A stretch of DNA of 64,000 nucleotides from Bacillota bacterium. GTDB taxonomy: Bacteria > Bacillota > Clostridia > Acetivibrionales > DTU013. The stretch covers positions 24,423 to 88,422 of the forward strand of contig JAEZMD010000019.1 of assembly GCA_023435745.1 (NCBI GenBank). Reading direction: 5' to 3'. Below are positions 38,051-47,487 of the stretch, one piece after another (within the stretch, counting starts at the first letter, position 1; every line of letters begins with the position of its first letter). The notes under the pieces were generated by a model. It saw only the letters and a list, made by a program, of their open reading frames with translations. It was not told where the DNA came from and made no database searches. The translations under genes and the position numbers were made by a program.

Positions 38051-38064
38051 GTAACCTTAGTTAC
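38051..38064. promoter_or_regulatory. Candidate HcpR/Crp-Fnr operator GTAAC-N4-GTTAC
   Basis: Perfect 5-4-5 palindrome GTAACCTTAGTTAC. TATAAT lies at 38087-38092, which puts the palindrome centre near -41.5 of the predicted hcp transcription start. Confidence 0.55.
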
Positions 38065-38159
38065 CGATACTGCAATCACATTATACTATAATTACAGTGT
38101 CAGAACAAAAAAACCGGGTAATGATTATCTAAATATAAATTAAGGGAGGTTTTCAAAAG

Positions 38160-39725
38160 ATGAGTGATATGTTTTGTTTTCAGTGTGAGCAGGCAGCAGG
38201 GGGAAAGGGTTGTACCAAAGCCGGCGTTTGCGGCAAAAACGCTGTCGTGGCTAATGGGCAGGATGAGCTGACCGGCGCGCTGGTCGGACTCGCAAGAGCA
38301 GCGGGAAAAGCGGGCAGTTCCAGTAAACAGGCAGATGAGCTGATGCTGCAGGGACTTTTCACAACAATAACAAACGTTAATTTTGATATTGGCCGGGTGA
38401 ATGAAATGATAAAAGCGGTCAGGAATGAGAAGGAAAAGCTTGGCGGGGCAGATGACCTTGCTGCGGACACTCTTTGGACCGGTGACGAAGACATTGTTTC
38501 CCTGCGTTCCACACTGCTGCTTGGGCTTCGCGGAATGGCTGCATATAGCTGGCATGCTTATGTACTTGGCAAGGAGGATCCCGAGGTAACAGCCTGGTTC
38601 TATAAGGGTATGAGAGCAATGGGTGAAGAGCATACTGTAGAGGAGTGGCTAAACCTCTTGATGGAGTTCGGTCAGATCAACCTGAAGTGCATGGCTTTGC
38701 TGGACGAGGCAAATACGGGATTGTTCGGGCATCCGGTTCCCGCAAAGGTGACCACCAATGTGGAAAAGGGTCCGTTTATCGTTGTCAGCGGTCATGACCT
38801 GCATGATCTGAAGCAGCTGCTGGAGCAGACCGAAGGCAGAGGCGTCAACATCTACACCCATGGCGAGATGCTGCCGGCACACGGTTACCCTGAATTGAAA
38901 AAATACACTCATCTCAAGGGCAACTTCGGAACTGCATGGCAGAATCAGCAGAAGGAATTTAATGACGTTCCCGGTGCATTCCTCTTTACCACCAATTGCC
39001 TGATGCCCCCGAAGACCTCTTATATTGATCGGGTCTTCACAACGGCGGTCGTTGCTTATCCGGGATTGGTTCACATACCGGAGGTCAATGGCAAAAAGGA
39101 TTTCGCTCCCGTGATCAATAAGTCTCTGGAGCTTGGCGGCTGGAATGAGGACAAACACTTTACAGGCATCAACGGTGGCAGCGTGCTAACTACAGGCTTT
39201 GCACGCAATACAGTTCTGGGTGCGGCAGATACAGTGATTCAGGCTGTGAAGGGCGGCGCAATTAAACATTTCTTCCTTGTGGGTGGCTGCGATGGCGCGA
39301 AGCCGGGTAGAAATTATTATACGGACTTTGTACAGAAAACACCCAAGGACACTGTCATATTGACACTTGCCTGCGGCAAATTCCGTTTTAATGACCTCGA
39401 TCTGGGTGAAATCGGCGGATTGCCAAGGATTATGGACATGGGACAATGCAATGACGCATACTCAGCAATACAGGTAGCCGTTGCACTGGCCGGCGCATTC
39501 AACTGTGGTGTCAATGAACTGCCATTGACACTGGTACTCTCCTGGTACGAACAGAAGGCGGTTTGCATACTGCTGACACTGCTGGCGCTGGGTATTAAAA
39601 ACATATATATAGGGCCTTCGATCCCTGCATTTTTCTCCTCCAGCGTACTCAACGTACTGGTAGAAAAATTCGGTCTGAAGCCGACTACTACTGCTGATGC
39701 AGACCTTAAGGCAATACTTGGATAA
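38160..39725 (+). CDS. hcp: Hydroxylamine reductase (hybrid-cluster protein)
   Basis: N-terminal Cys motif CFQCEQAAGGKGCTKAGVCGK and conserved hybrid-cluster regions (VSGHDL, GNFGTAW, LVGGCDG, MGQCND). Confidence 0.93.
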   Translation: MSDMFCFQCEQAAGGKGCTKAGVCGKNAVVANGQDELTGALVGLARAAGKAGSSSKQADELMLQGLFTTITNVNFDIGRVNEMIKAVRNEKEKLGGADDLAADTLWTGDEDIVSLRSTLLLGLRGMAAYSWHAYVLGKEDPEVTAWFYKGMRAMGEEHTVEEWLNLLMEFGQINLKCMALLDEANTGLFGHPVPAKVTTNVEKGPFIVVSGHDLHDLKQLLEQTEGRGVNIYTHGEMLPAHGYPELKKYTHLKGNFGTAWQNQQKEFNDVPGAFLFTTNCLMPPKTSYIDRVFTTAVVAYPGLVHIPEVNGKKDFAPVINKSLELGGWNEDKHFTGINGGSVLTTGFARNTVLGAADTVIQAVKGGAIKHFFLVGGCDGAKPGRNYYTDFVQKTPKDTVILTLACGKFRFNDLDLGEIGGLPRIMDMGQCNDAYSAIQVAVALAGAFNCGVNELPLTLVLSWYEQKAVCILLTLLALGIKNIYIGPSIPAFFSSSVLNVLVEKFGLKPTTTADADLKAILG

Positions 39726-39752
39726 AATATAGAAATTGAAAAAAAGCAAGGG

Positions 39753-39786
39753 AAAAGCGTTGTCTCTCAATGGGATAACGCTTTTT
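39753..39786. terminator. Hairpin between the convergent hcp and anti-sigma genes
   Basis: AAAAGCGTT ... AACGCTTTT 9-bp stem with a 15-nt loop, followed by TT. Confidence 0.5.
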
Positions 39787-41085
39787 TCAACGGATTTCAA
39801 TCTGCTGTAAGATATCAAACATCACTTGCGCCGAAACGCCTTTGACATTGAGTTCCACCAGAGTATCCCCGTACAGTACGCTGAAGCGCATTCGTGGGCC
39901 CGAAATATCACCGGTATCCTGAACTTCATAAGTCCGTGTCCGAACTGTATCGAGCGTCAACTCTTCTATACGGAAGATAGGATTCTCTACAATTTTTCGT
40001 AATTCTCCCGGCACTGATTCGGCGCGTGGTATAGGATAAAGTGCGAGGTCGTAATTTTTCGTATCATCTACAGAGGTAATCCGTACCTTATCGTCCTCCT
40101 CAAGCGGTGAAACACGCCAATGTATATTACCCATTCCCTTAATCCACAGCGCACTAAGGTAATTACTCTTCTGATTAATAAAGCGCGTGGCGGACTCGAA
40201 GATAAATCCGGATGGTACATACTGCGGCAGATACGCGCCAAAATCGGCATCTGTACGAGCTTCATCAAGACTTAATCGATCATTGCGCAACTCAGGTATG
40301 GTGGGATGAAGGACACTGATGTCAGCAGTTCTGCCCTTTATGAGAGCGCCAATAAGCTCGATGAATTCTTCCTTGAGTGTTTCTTTATCAGCTTCCGCGC
40401 CGCCAAGCTCCACATAATAGCCAAGACTGGAGAGATTAAAGGATGCAAAATATATGACATTACGCAGGCCATTGCTATTCGGTTTAGTTTCAAAATACCC
40501 AGCTGTTACCGCCGTTCCGAGGACATCTGAAGTTTTTGTTTCAGCGTCAAACCCATAGTCAAGCACGACTTTGCCGGGTGCGATCTGGATATAGGTTTTG
40601 AGTCCGGAGGAGGATAAGGCGTGGGCATCAATATTGAATAGGGAGGCTCCGCTATCATCGCTTTGAAAATTAGCGGTGGCTGTAATACTGTACGTCTCTG
40701 TCAGACATGGAAAAACCGCCTTCAGTTCTTCGTCGGTCAGCTCCTGCCAGAAATGCCCCGGAATAGCGATCTTGTCTGCGGCTTGAGACTGCGTTTTGTT
40801 GAAATGCAGAGTATATTTGCTTGACGTGTCGGGCACGGGTGCGTCTTTAGTTGTCTGCGAAACGGACGTTATTTCACCCGGCATCGGCGTTAGATTATTC
40901 CGCATTAATTTAGGAATTGCATAAACACCAATCAACACCACGGCAAGACTGCCTAAGGCTGCGGCATACCGTCTAACCGTAACAGGATGGCGATGAGGTT
41001 TAGGATTTGCGGCACAGGACACAAGCTTTGTATGCAGCGTGTCTGAAACCAATATTTTATTCATGTATTCGTTATATGCTTTCAT
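39787..41085 (-). CDS. Putative anti-sigma factor: one TM segment and an extracytoplasmic DUF4367-like domain
   Basis: Overlaps the sigma gene by 14 nt. Short cytoplasmic N-terminus, TM segment ALGSLAVVLIGVYAI. The C-terminal segment AYLPQYVPSGFIFE resembles DUF4367. Confidence 0.6.
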   Translation of the reverse strand: MKAYNEYMNKILVSDTLHTKLVSCAANPKPHRHPVTVRRYAAALGSLAVVLIGVYAIPKLMRNNLTPMPGEITSVSQTTKDAPVPDTSSKYTLHFNKTQSQAADKIAIPGHFWQELTDEELKAVFPCLTETYSITATANFQSDDSGASLFNIDAHALSSSGLKTYIQIAPGKVVLDYGFDAETKTSDVLGTAVTAGYFETKPNSNGLRNVIYFASFNLSSLGYYVELGGAEADKETLKEEFIELIGALIKGRTADISVLHPTIPELRNDRLSLDEARTDADFGAYLPQYVPSGFIFESATRFINQKSNYLSALWIKGMGNIHWRVSPLEEDDKVRITSVDDTKNYDLALYPIPRAESVPGELRKIVENPIFRIEELTLDTVRTRTYEVQDTGDISGPRMRFSVLYGDTLVELNVKGVSAQVMFDILQQIEIR

Positions 41086-41563
41086 AATCGTCCTCCTTCA
41101 AAACGGATTTGAGCTTCTGACGGGCGCGAGTCAGAAGACTTCTCACTGTAGCTTCCCTTTGCCCGGTCAGCTCGGAAATGTCCTTAATGGAATATCCCTC
41201 GTAATAAAATAGATGGATTGCTGTGCGGTATTTTGGTAACAAGGTCATGATTTGTTCCAATAGATCATACTGTTCCGGCTCAGTTGCCGGATAAGAATCG
41301 AGAAGCTGTTCCGTCCGCTTATGCCAGGGGGAATGCAAATGGCTCTTGCATAGGTTTACTGTAACCCTTATGAGCCATGCCTTTTCATGCTCGTCTGATT
41401 CAAACTCAGGAGCCTTCTTATAAGCACGTAGAAACGCCTCCTGCACTATGTCCTCTGCGTCGGATACATTACCAGAAATCACAAGCGCGGTGCGATAAAG
41501 TTTATTTTCATGTTTTGTTACAAACGCCTCAAAGTCCTCCGGCCGATAGGACTTATATGCCAT
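41072..41563 (-). CDS. ECF-type RNA polymerase sigma-70 family factor
   Basis: Region 2 (DAEDIVQEAFLRAY) and region 4 HTH (YSIKDISELTGQREATVRSLLTRARQKL). GGAGGAGG SD before the ATG at 41563. Confidence 0.85.
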   Translation of the reverse strand: MAYKSYRPEDFEAFVTKHENKLYRTALVISGNVSDAEDIVQEAFLRAYKKAPEFESDEHEKAWLIRVTVNLCKSHLHSPWHKRTEQLLDSYPATEPEQYDLLEQIMTLLPKYRTAIHLFYYEGYSIKDISELTGQREATVRSLLTRARQKLKSVLKEDDYESI

Positions 41564-41836
41564 GTGATTCACCTCCTCCAACCTATATACTCTTTAGACG
41601 TCAAAAACGCTGCAAATTCTCCTCAAAAATTATTTCTGTATAATAGTAAATAAATAATTTGCTCCAAACACCTCTGCCTTACCCAATTTCTACTGTTCAT
41701 ATAACGTCCTTATGGATATGCGCTTATAGGGGCGCCCTTTGTTTATCCTTTGTTTTCAGTAATTAGACAAGATTGTGCCAAATAGGTTATGATGAATAGG
41801 GAGTACTGATGATTCATATGAAATGAGGCTTGATAC

Positions 41837-44047
41837 ATGGGAAAAATACTTGTTCTGGCAGAAAAGCCCTCCGTCGGGAGGGATCTGGCCAAGGTTTTGA
41901 ATTGCAGCCAAGGCGGCAATGGCTGCCTGATTGGAAGTAAATATATAGTCACTTGGGCCTTAGGCCACCTGGTTACACTGGCTGATCCGGAGGTTTACGG
42001 AGATCAGTATAAAACCTGGAGTCTGGAAACATTGCCGATGCTGCCAAAAAAAATGGAGCTTGTTGTGATCAGAGAGACCTCCAAGCAGTTCGGCATTGTA
42101 AAAAGTCTTCTGAAACGGCCGGACGTTGATGAACTGGTCATTGCCACTGATGCCGGGCGGGAAGGTGAACTGGTTGCAAGGTGGATCCTCATGAAGGCCG
42201 GTTTTTCCAAGCCTATCAAGCGCCTGTGGATATCTTCACAAACCGATAAATCCATTAAAGACGGCTTCAATAACCTCAAGCCGGGACGTGAATATGAAAA
42301 CCTTTATATGTCAGCGCAATGCCGTGCAGAGGCCGATTGGCTGATCGGTCTGAATGTGACCCGGGCACTGACCTGTAAGCACAATGCGCAGCTTTCGGCC
42401 GGCAGAGTGCAGACTCCTACTCTGGCTATGATCGTTGAGAGGGAAAATGAAATCAGGCGATTTGTACCAAAGGACTACTGGACCATCAACGCAGCTGTAA
42501 ACGGATTTGCAATACAGTGGCAGGACAAGGCAGGCGGCCAGACCCGGCTCTTCAGCAAGCAGCAGGCGGAGGGAATTCTGTCGAAAACACAGGGACGGGA
42601 AGGTACGATCATTGATGTTAAAAAAGAGTCAAAGGAAGAACAGCCTCCGTTGGCTTACGACCTTACAGAGCTGCAGCGGGATGCCAATCGCAAATACGGC
42701 TATTCCGCCAAGCAAACGCTCGGAATTATGCAAAAGCTTTATGAAGTCCATAAAATTGTCACTTATCCGCGTACAGATTCCAGGCATATCACCGAAGATA
42801 TCGTGCCGACATTGCCGGAACGCCTGAAGAGCGTCGCAATCGGCCCTTATGCAGAAGCGGCAAGGACGGTTCTCAGAAACAGATTCAAAACAACAAAAAG
42901 GTTTGTTGACAACAGTAAGGTCACCGACCATCACGCCATCATCCCTACGGAACAATATGTAAACCTGAACGCTCTGGACCGGGAGGAGCGCAGTATCTAC
43001 GATCTGATCGTCAAAAGATTTATAGCCGTCCTGAGTCCGTCCTTTGAGTACGAACAAACAACCATTAAAGTTGATATCAATGGTGAACTGTTCAGCGCGA
43101 AGGGGAAGATCGTAAAATCAAAGGGCTGGAAAGGCGTCTATGAAGGATCAGCAAACACAGGATATACCGGCAGCACAGGGCAGCCTGGCAGTGGACAGGA
43201 CACCTCGGATGCCTCCTCTGATGACGAACAGGAGCAGGATCTGCCTGAGTTGAAAAAGGGAGATAAGCTGAAGCCGGGTTCCGTACATTTAATCAACGGC
43301 AAAACGAAGCCGCCCGCGCGCTATACAGAGGCTACCCTGCTCACCGCAATGGAGCACCCGGGCAAGTTTATTGAGAACGATGCCCTGCGGGAGGCAATGG
43401 ACAAAACCAGCGGTCTGGGAACACCCGCAACCAGAGCGGATATCATCGAAAAGCTGTTTAACTCGTTTTATATGGAAAGAAGGGGCAAGGAGATTCATCC
43501 GACTTCCAAGGGAATCCAACTGATAGACATGGCGCCTGGTGAGCTGAAATCTCCTGAGCTTACGGCAAAGTGGGAGCAGCGACTTTCTTCGATCAGCAGG
43601 GGAAAAGAAAACCCCCGCGAATTCGTCAACGAAATGAAAAATTACGCTGCCAAGCTGGTTTCAAACGTAATTGCCAGCTCCGACGTTTACAAGCATGATA
43701 ATATGACCCGGGAAAAATGCCCGGAATGCGGAAAATACCTGCTGGAAGTGAACGGGAAAAAGGGAAGGATGCTCGTTTGCCAGGATAGGGAATGCGGCTA
43801 CCGGAAAGGCGTTTCCATGACATCCAATGCACGCTGCCCGGAATGCCATAAAAAGATGGAAATCCGGGGTGAGGGTGATAAAAAAGGCTTCTTTTGCTCC
43901 TGCGGTTACCGCGAGAAGCTGGAAGCCTTCAACAAACGAAAAGGTGAGCAGGTTAATAAAAAGGAAGTGGGCAAATTCCTTCATCAGCAGGAGGATGAGT
44001 CCATCAACTCCGCCCTTGCAGATGCTCTGTCCAAGTGGAAAAAGTAA
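41837..44047 (+). CDS. topB: DNA topoisomerase III
   Basis: Toprim start MGKILVLAEKPSVGRDLA, LVIATDAGREGE, active-site region TYPRTDSRH, and C-terminal zinc ribbons (CPECG.., CPECH..). Confidence 0.92.
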   Translation: MGKILVLAEKPSVGRDLAKVLNCSQGGNGCLIGSKYIVTWALGHLVTLADPEVYGDQYKTWSLETLPMLPKKMELVVIRETSKQFGIVKSLLKRPDVDELVIATDAGREGELVARWILMKAGFSKPIKRLWISSQTDKSIKDGFNNLKPGREYENLYMSAQCRAEADWLIGLNVTRALTCKHNAQLSAGRVQTPTLAMIVERENEIRRFVPKDYWTINAAVNGFAIQWQDKAGGQTRLFSKQQAEGILSKTQGREGTIIDVKKESKEEQPPLAYDLTELQRDANRKYGYSAKQTLGIMQKLYEVHKIVTYPRTDSRHITEDIVPTLPERLKSVAIGPYAEAARTVLRNRFKTTKRFVDNSKVTDHHAIIPTEQYVNLNALDREERSIYDLIVKRFIAVLSPSFEYEQTTIKVDINGELFSAKGKIVKSKGWKGVYEGSANTGYTGSTGQPGSGQDTSDASSDDEQEQDLPELKKGDKLKPGSVHLINGKTKPPARYTEATLLTAMEHPGKFIENDALREAMDKTSGLGTPATRADIIEKLFNSFYMERRGKEIHPTSKGIQLIDMAPGELKSPELTAKWEQRLSSISRGKENPREFVNEMKNYAAKLVSNVIASSDVYKHDNMTREKCPECGKYLLEVNGKKGRMLVCQDRECGYRKGVSMTSNARCPECHKKMEIRGEGDKKGFFCSCGYREKLEAFNKRKGEQVNKKEVGKFLHQQEDESINSALADALSKWKK

Positions 44048-44101
44048 GGGAGTTAACCTAAACCTATTCCCTGTCCCAACCCTTGTCTCCATGTCTTTTC
44101 T

Positions 44102-45121
44102 CTACAGCAGCTGGATTCCTGCTTCCCTGCAATCCCCCAGCATTCCCTCCGGCCATATGGAAGACTGAACCTCGCCCACATGCGCCTTACCCAGATAAAA
44201 CATACATATTCTTGACTGCCCGATTCCGCCACCCACGGTATATGGCAGCCTTTTTTCGTAAACGTCTCTGTGGAAGGGCAGCTCTAGCCTTTCCTCACAG
44301 CCCGCGATTTTCAGCTGCTTTACAAGGGAATCCTCATCCACTCTGATGCCCATGGACGAAACCTCTACGGCTTTACCCAGCACAGGATACCAGAAGAGGA
44401 TATCCCCGTTGAGCTCCCAGTCATCGTAATCCGGCGCTCTTCCGTCATGCTTTTTCCCCGACTTCAATAATGAACCAATTTTCATTATAAATACGGCTTT
44501 TTTCTCCTTTAAGATCCTGTCCTCACGTTCCTTGGCATCCAGGCCGGGATACAGGTCTTCAAGCTCTTGTGCAGTAATAAAGCTGATCTCGTCCGGCAGA
44601 TATCTCTCCAGTGATGGAAAAGCATTGCAAACAACGTCCTCTGTCTCTTTAAATACTTTAAATAACCTGCAGACTATGTTTCTGAGCATTTCCTCAGTTC
44701 GGTCCTTTTTGTCAAGAATCAGCTCCCAATCCCATTGATCCACATAAATGGAATGCAAATTATCCATCACTTCATCCCGCCTGACGGCGTTCATATCAGT
44801 GTATAGCCCTTCTCCGGCCCTAAACTCGTAGCGCTGCAGTGCCATCCGCTTCCACTTGGCAAGAGAATGAATGATTTCCACATCCTTGCCTCCGGCATCC
44901 GGAACATCAAAGGAAACAGGCCTTTCAACACCGTTCAGATTATCGTTCAGCCCTGATTCCGGTCTGACAAACAACGGAGCAGACACCCTGGTCAGCTTCA
45001 TCTCCCTGGCCAGTATATTTTCAAAATGATCCTTTATAAATTTGATCGCGATCTCAGTTTCCTTGATTGTCATACCCGACTTGTATCCAGCAGGTGTAAT
45101 GAGCCTCTCTCTTTTATACAT
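44102..45121 (-). CDS. asnA: Aspartate--ammonia ligase
   Basis: TIKETEIAIKFIKDHFE, L.RVSAPLFV, SGLNDNLNG, and GGGIGQSR near the C-terminus. Confidence 0.9.
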   Translation of the reverse strand: MYKRERLITPAGYKSGMTIKETEIAIKFIKDHFENILAREMKLTRVSAPLFVRPESGLNDNLNGVERPVSFDVPDAGGKDVEIIHSLAKWKRMALQRYEFRAGEGLYTDMNAVRRDEVMDNLHSIYVDQWDWELILDKKDRTEEMLRNIVCRLFKVFKETEDVVCNAFPSLERYLPDEISFITAQELEDLYPGLDAKEREDRILKEKKAVFIMKIGSLLKSGKKHDGRAPDYDDWELNGDILFWYPVLGKAVEVSSMGIRVDEDSLVKQLKIAGCEERLELPFHRDVYEKRLPYTVGGGIGQSRICMFYLGKAHVGEVQSSIWPEGMLGDCREAGIQLL

Positions 45122-45155
45122 CGATAATCTGCCTCCTTAAAAAACATATAAGCAG

Positions 45156-45183
45156 ATTATACCATTCTCACAGGCTGTTTCAA
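45156..45183 (-). promoter_or_regulatory. Sigma-A-type promoter of asnA
   Basis: Minus strand TTGAAA - 16 nt - TATAAT with TGG immediately upstream (extended -10 like). AAGGAGG SD before the ATG at 45121. Confidence 0.55.
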
Positions 45184-45297
45184 TAAAAATTTACATGTCG
45201 CTTTCCTGCTTACTTCCGGTTTACTTCTCTGCTGCTTCCGGTTTACTTTTCAGCAGCTTTCTCGTCTGCCTGCCAACTACATACCTTTACTCCCTTT

Positions 45298-46308
45298 TTA
45301 CTTCCCGTTTCCGGCCATTACAGTTTTCAACGCAGTGTCCATGGCCTCAATGATTCGGTCGCACCAGTCGTCATATGCAGGATTCTCATCCTGCAGTTCA
45401 GGATGATTCAGGATATTAGCGATTGTTCTACGTATTCCCTGGTCAAAGCGAGTAGTGGCAACAAAGCCCGGCACCAGCCTTTTCAGCTTCGTATTATCAT
45501 AAATGGCATTGTTTGCCTTGTCGCCAATCAAGCTCCCAAGATGATCATTCAAACTGCATGCAGCAAGAAACTCAGAGGATACATGGACCGCCTTAAGCTC
45601 GACCCCCAAGGCATCAGCGACGATTCCAAAAATCTGGTTCCAGGTCAGCCTCTCATCCGAGGTGATATGAATGGCCTCGCCAATGGCATGCACATTTCCC
45701 ATCAGTCCGACGAACCCTTTTGCAAAGTCACTGCTGTGCGTCAGCGTCCAAAGCGACGTACCGTCGCCATGAATAATGACTCGTTTGCCTGCCAGCATGC
45801 GTCTCGCGACCTGCCAACCACCCAGCGGCAATTTTCTGTTGTCATAGGTATGGCTCGGCCTTATGATGGTAATTGGAAAACCATTTTCACGGTGTTGCTT
45901 CATCAGATATTCCTCACATTGGATCTTATTGCGTGAATACTGCCAGTAAGGATTGATCAACGGTGTACTCTCCGTAATAGGATAGCTCAGGGGCGGCTTC
46001 TGATAGGCCGAAGCGGAGCTAATAAAAACATATTGCTTTGTTTTATCCCTGAACAGTCGGTAATCGCGCTCCACCTGATCCACCGTGAAGGCAATAAAAT
46101 CTGCAACCACATCAAAGCTCATATCAGCAATCAGTTTTGCCACACCCTCTTCATCACTGATATCGCCCTTAATCCAATGAACATTTCCCGGCAAAATGTC
46201 ATTTCGGTTCCCACGGTTGAGCAAGTAAAGCTCCCCGCCTTCCTTTGCAAACAATTCTGTAATGGCAGTACTGATCGTCCCGGTTCCACCGATAAATAAT
46301 GCTTTCAT
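45298..46308 (-). CDS. NAD-dependent epimerase/dehydratase (SDR) family protein
   Basis: Rossmann motif FIGGTGTIS and extended-SDR layout. Confidence 0.8.
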   Translation of the reverse strand: MKALFIGGTGTISTAITELFAKEGGELYLLNRGNRNDILPGNVHWIKGDISDEEGVAKLIADMSFDVVADFIAFTVDQVERDYRLFRDKTKQYVFISSASAYQKPPLSYPITESTPLINPYWQYSRNKIQCEEYLMKQHRENGFPITIIRPSHTYDNRKLPLGGWQVARRMLAGKRVIIHGDGTSLWTLTHSSDFAKGFVGLMGNVHAIGEAIHITSDERLTWNQIFGIVADALGVELKAVHVSSEFLAACSLNDHLGSLIGDKANNAIYDNTKLKRLVPGFVATTRFDQGIRRTIANILNHPELQDENPAYDDWCDRIIEAMDTALKTVMAGNGK

Positions 46309-46324
46309 TAAATCCCCCCTCATA

Positions 46325-46978
46325 CTATTTCTTTAATTTGTCAAAAGACATTTCTGCATCCAGTTCTACTTCCGAGTCAACGACAATTTCCGTTGTTGCT
46401 ATCGACATGGGTTCCGGCATTTTTAATCCAAAAGCTTCCGGCGCAGGTACTTCCAGTGTGGGTTTCTCCGCATAAGGTGCCTGCTGGGCAGGTACTTCCA
46501 CTGTAGGCATCTGCTGGGTAAATGTCTCCGGGGCAGGTACTTTCTGGCTATTTGCTTGGGGCGCAGGTGCCTTCGCGGCATGTATCTCCGGCGCAGGTTC
46601 TTTTGAGGCGGATATCTCAGGGTCAGGTGTCTGCGAGAACTCTGTTTCTATGCTTTCCCCTTCTTCGTACTCTTCTTCGTACTCTTCTTCGTACTCTTCT
46701 TCATACTCTTCTTCATACTCTTCTTCATACTCTTCTTCCTGTTCGTCTCCCAGTTCTTCTTCCATGCTTTCCCCTTCCTCAAAGTCCTCCGGCTCATCCT
46801 CCTGCGGCGGCACAACTCTGTTCCATGGGTACCCCGCGTCATAAGGCCGCCTTGAATATCTGCCGGAATTTTCTTCCGAATCCTTCGCCTTCAGAAATCT
46901 GAACGCGAAATAAAGTATGATGAATATTACTATAATAAATCCATTCAATCTAATCACTTCAAATAACATATTCGACAT
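46325..46978 (-). CDS. Membrane-anchored protein with an acidic (EEYE)n repeat and a PAPE-rich tail, function unknown
   Basis: TM segment FIIVIFIILYFAF, then EEEYEEEYEEEYEEEYEEEYEEEYEE and repeated xPAPE segments. The ATG at 46978 (MSNMLFE) follows AAGGGGA. Confidence 0.55.
   Translation of the reverse strand: MSNMLFEVIRLNGFIIVIFIILYFAFRFLKAKDSEENSGRYSRRPYDAGYPWNRVVPPQEDEPEDFEEGESMEEELGDEQEEEYEEEYEEEYEEEYEEEYEEEYEEGESIETEFSQTPDPEISASKEPAPEIHAAKAPAPQANSQKVPAPETFTQQMPTVEVPAQQAPYAEKPTLEVPAPEAFGLKMPEPMSIATTEIVVDSEVELDAEMSFDKLKK
46661..46732. repeat. 12-bp tandem repeat, 6 units, inside the acidic-repeat CDS
   Basis: TTCTTCGTACTC x3 then TTCTTCATACTC x3. Encodes (EYEE)n on the minus strand. Confidence 0.9.
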
Positions 46979-47171
46979 CCGCTTGTTATTCCCCTTTTGA
47001 AAGGTGAAAGGATAACCAAAATCTCTATATAATAAAGGTAATGATAATGTCATCAATTTTTAACATAATGTATGTTATAAAAGCATATAATAATGACGAA
47101 GATTAGTTTGGACAACCTACTGAAATGCATATTCAAAGGATAAAGGCACTTATATTGGGATAGGTGATTTA

Positions 47172-47294
47172 ATGGAAAGGTTTAGTAATTATGTAAGCAC
47201 CCTAATTGAGTTTGTAATTATGAGCTTAATCTACCTGTTGATACTCCCGTTCAGGGTATTGTATCGTCTGGGAAATCGGTTAATCTCCAGATGA
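47172..47294 (+). CDS. Possible small hydrophobic protein (40 aa)
   Basis: AGGTGA SD + 5 nt + ATG. Encodes MERFSNYVSTLIEFVIMSLIYLLILPFRVLYRLGNRLISR*. Too short for the ORF track. No homology evidence. Confidence 0.3.
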   Translation: MERFSNYVSTLIEFVIMSLIYLLILPFRVLYRLGNRLISR

Positions 47295-47487
47295 ATTATT
47301 CCGGCCGACGCCTCTGGCAGCTTTCGGCCAGTACAGCAGTCATCCATATAATGCAACCAGATTGGGAATTGATTGTTGCAAATCTTTGTAGTACAATAGG
47401 AAAAGCGACTCTTCTGCAATCTATTGCTGCAGAGTGTCTGATATAGCAGATATGCGCGTTTCCGCTTTATATTCCGGAGGTCCAAGA

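Noticed and set aside
41590-41640. Autoregulated ECF promoter upstream of the sigma gene (minus-strand GAGAAT..15 nt..CGTC).
   Set aside because: The -35 element deviates from GAAC-type consensus, and spacing is uncertain. The evidence is too weak to annotate.
45122-45297. T-box leader upstream of asnA.
   Set aside because: The conserved T-box sequence (AATTAGGGTGGTACCGCG-like) is absent on the coding strand. The predicted promoter also leaves only a leader of about 28 nt.
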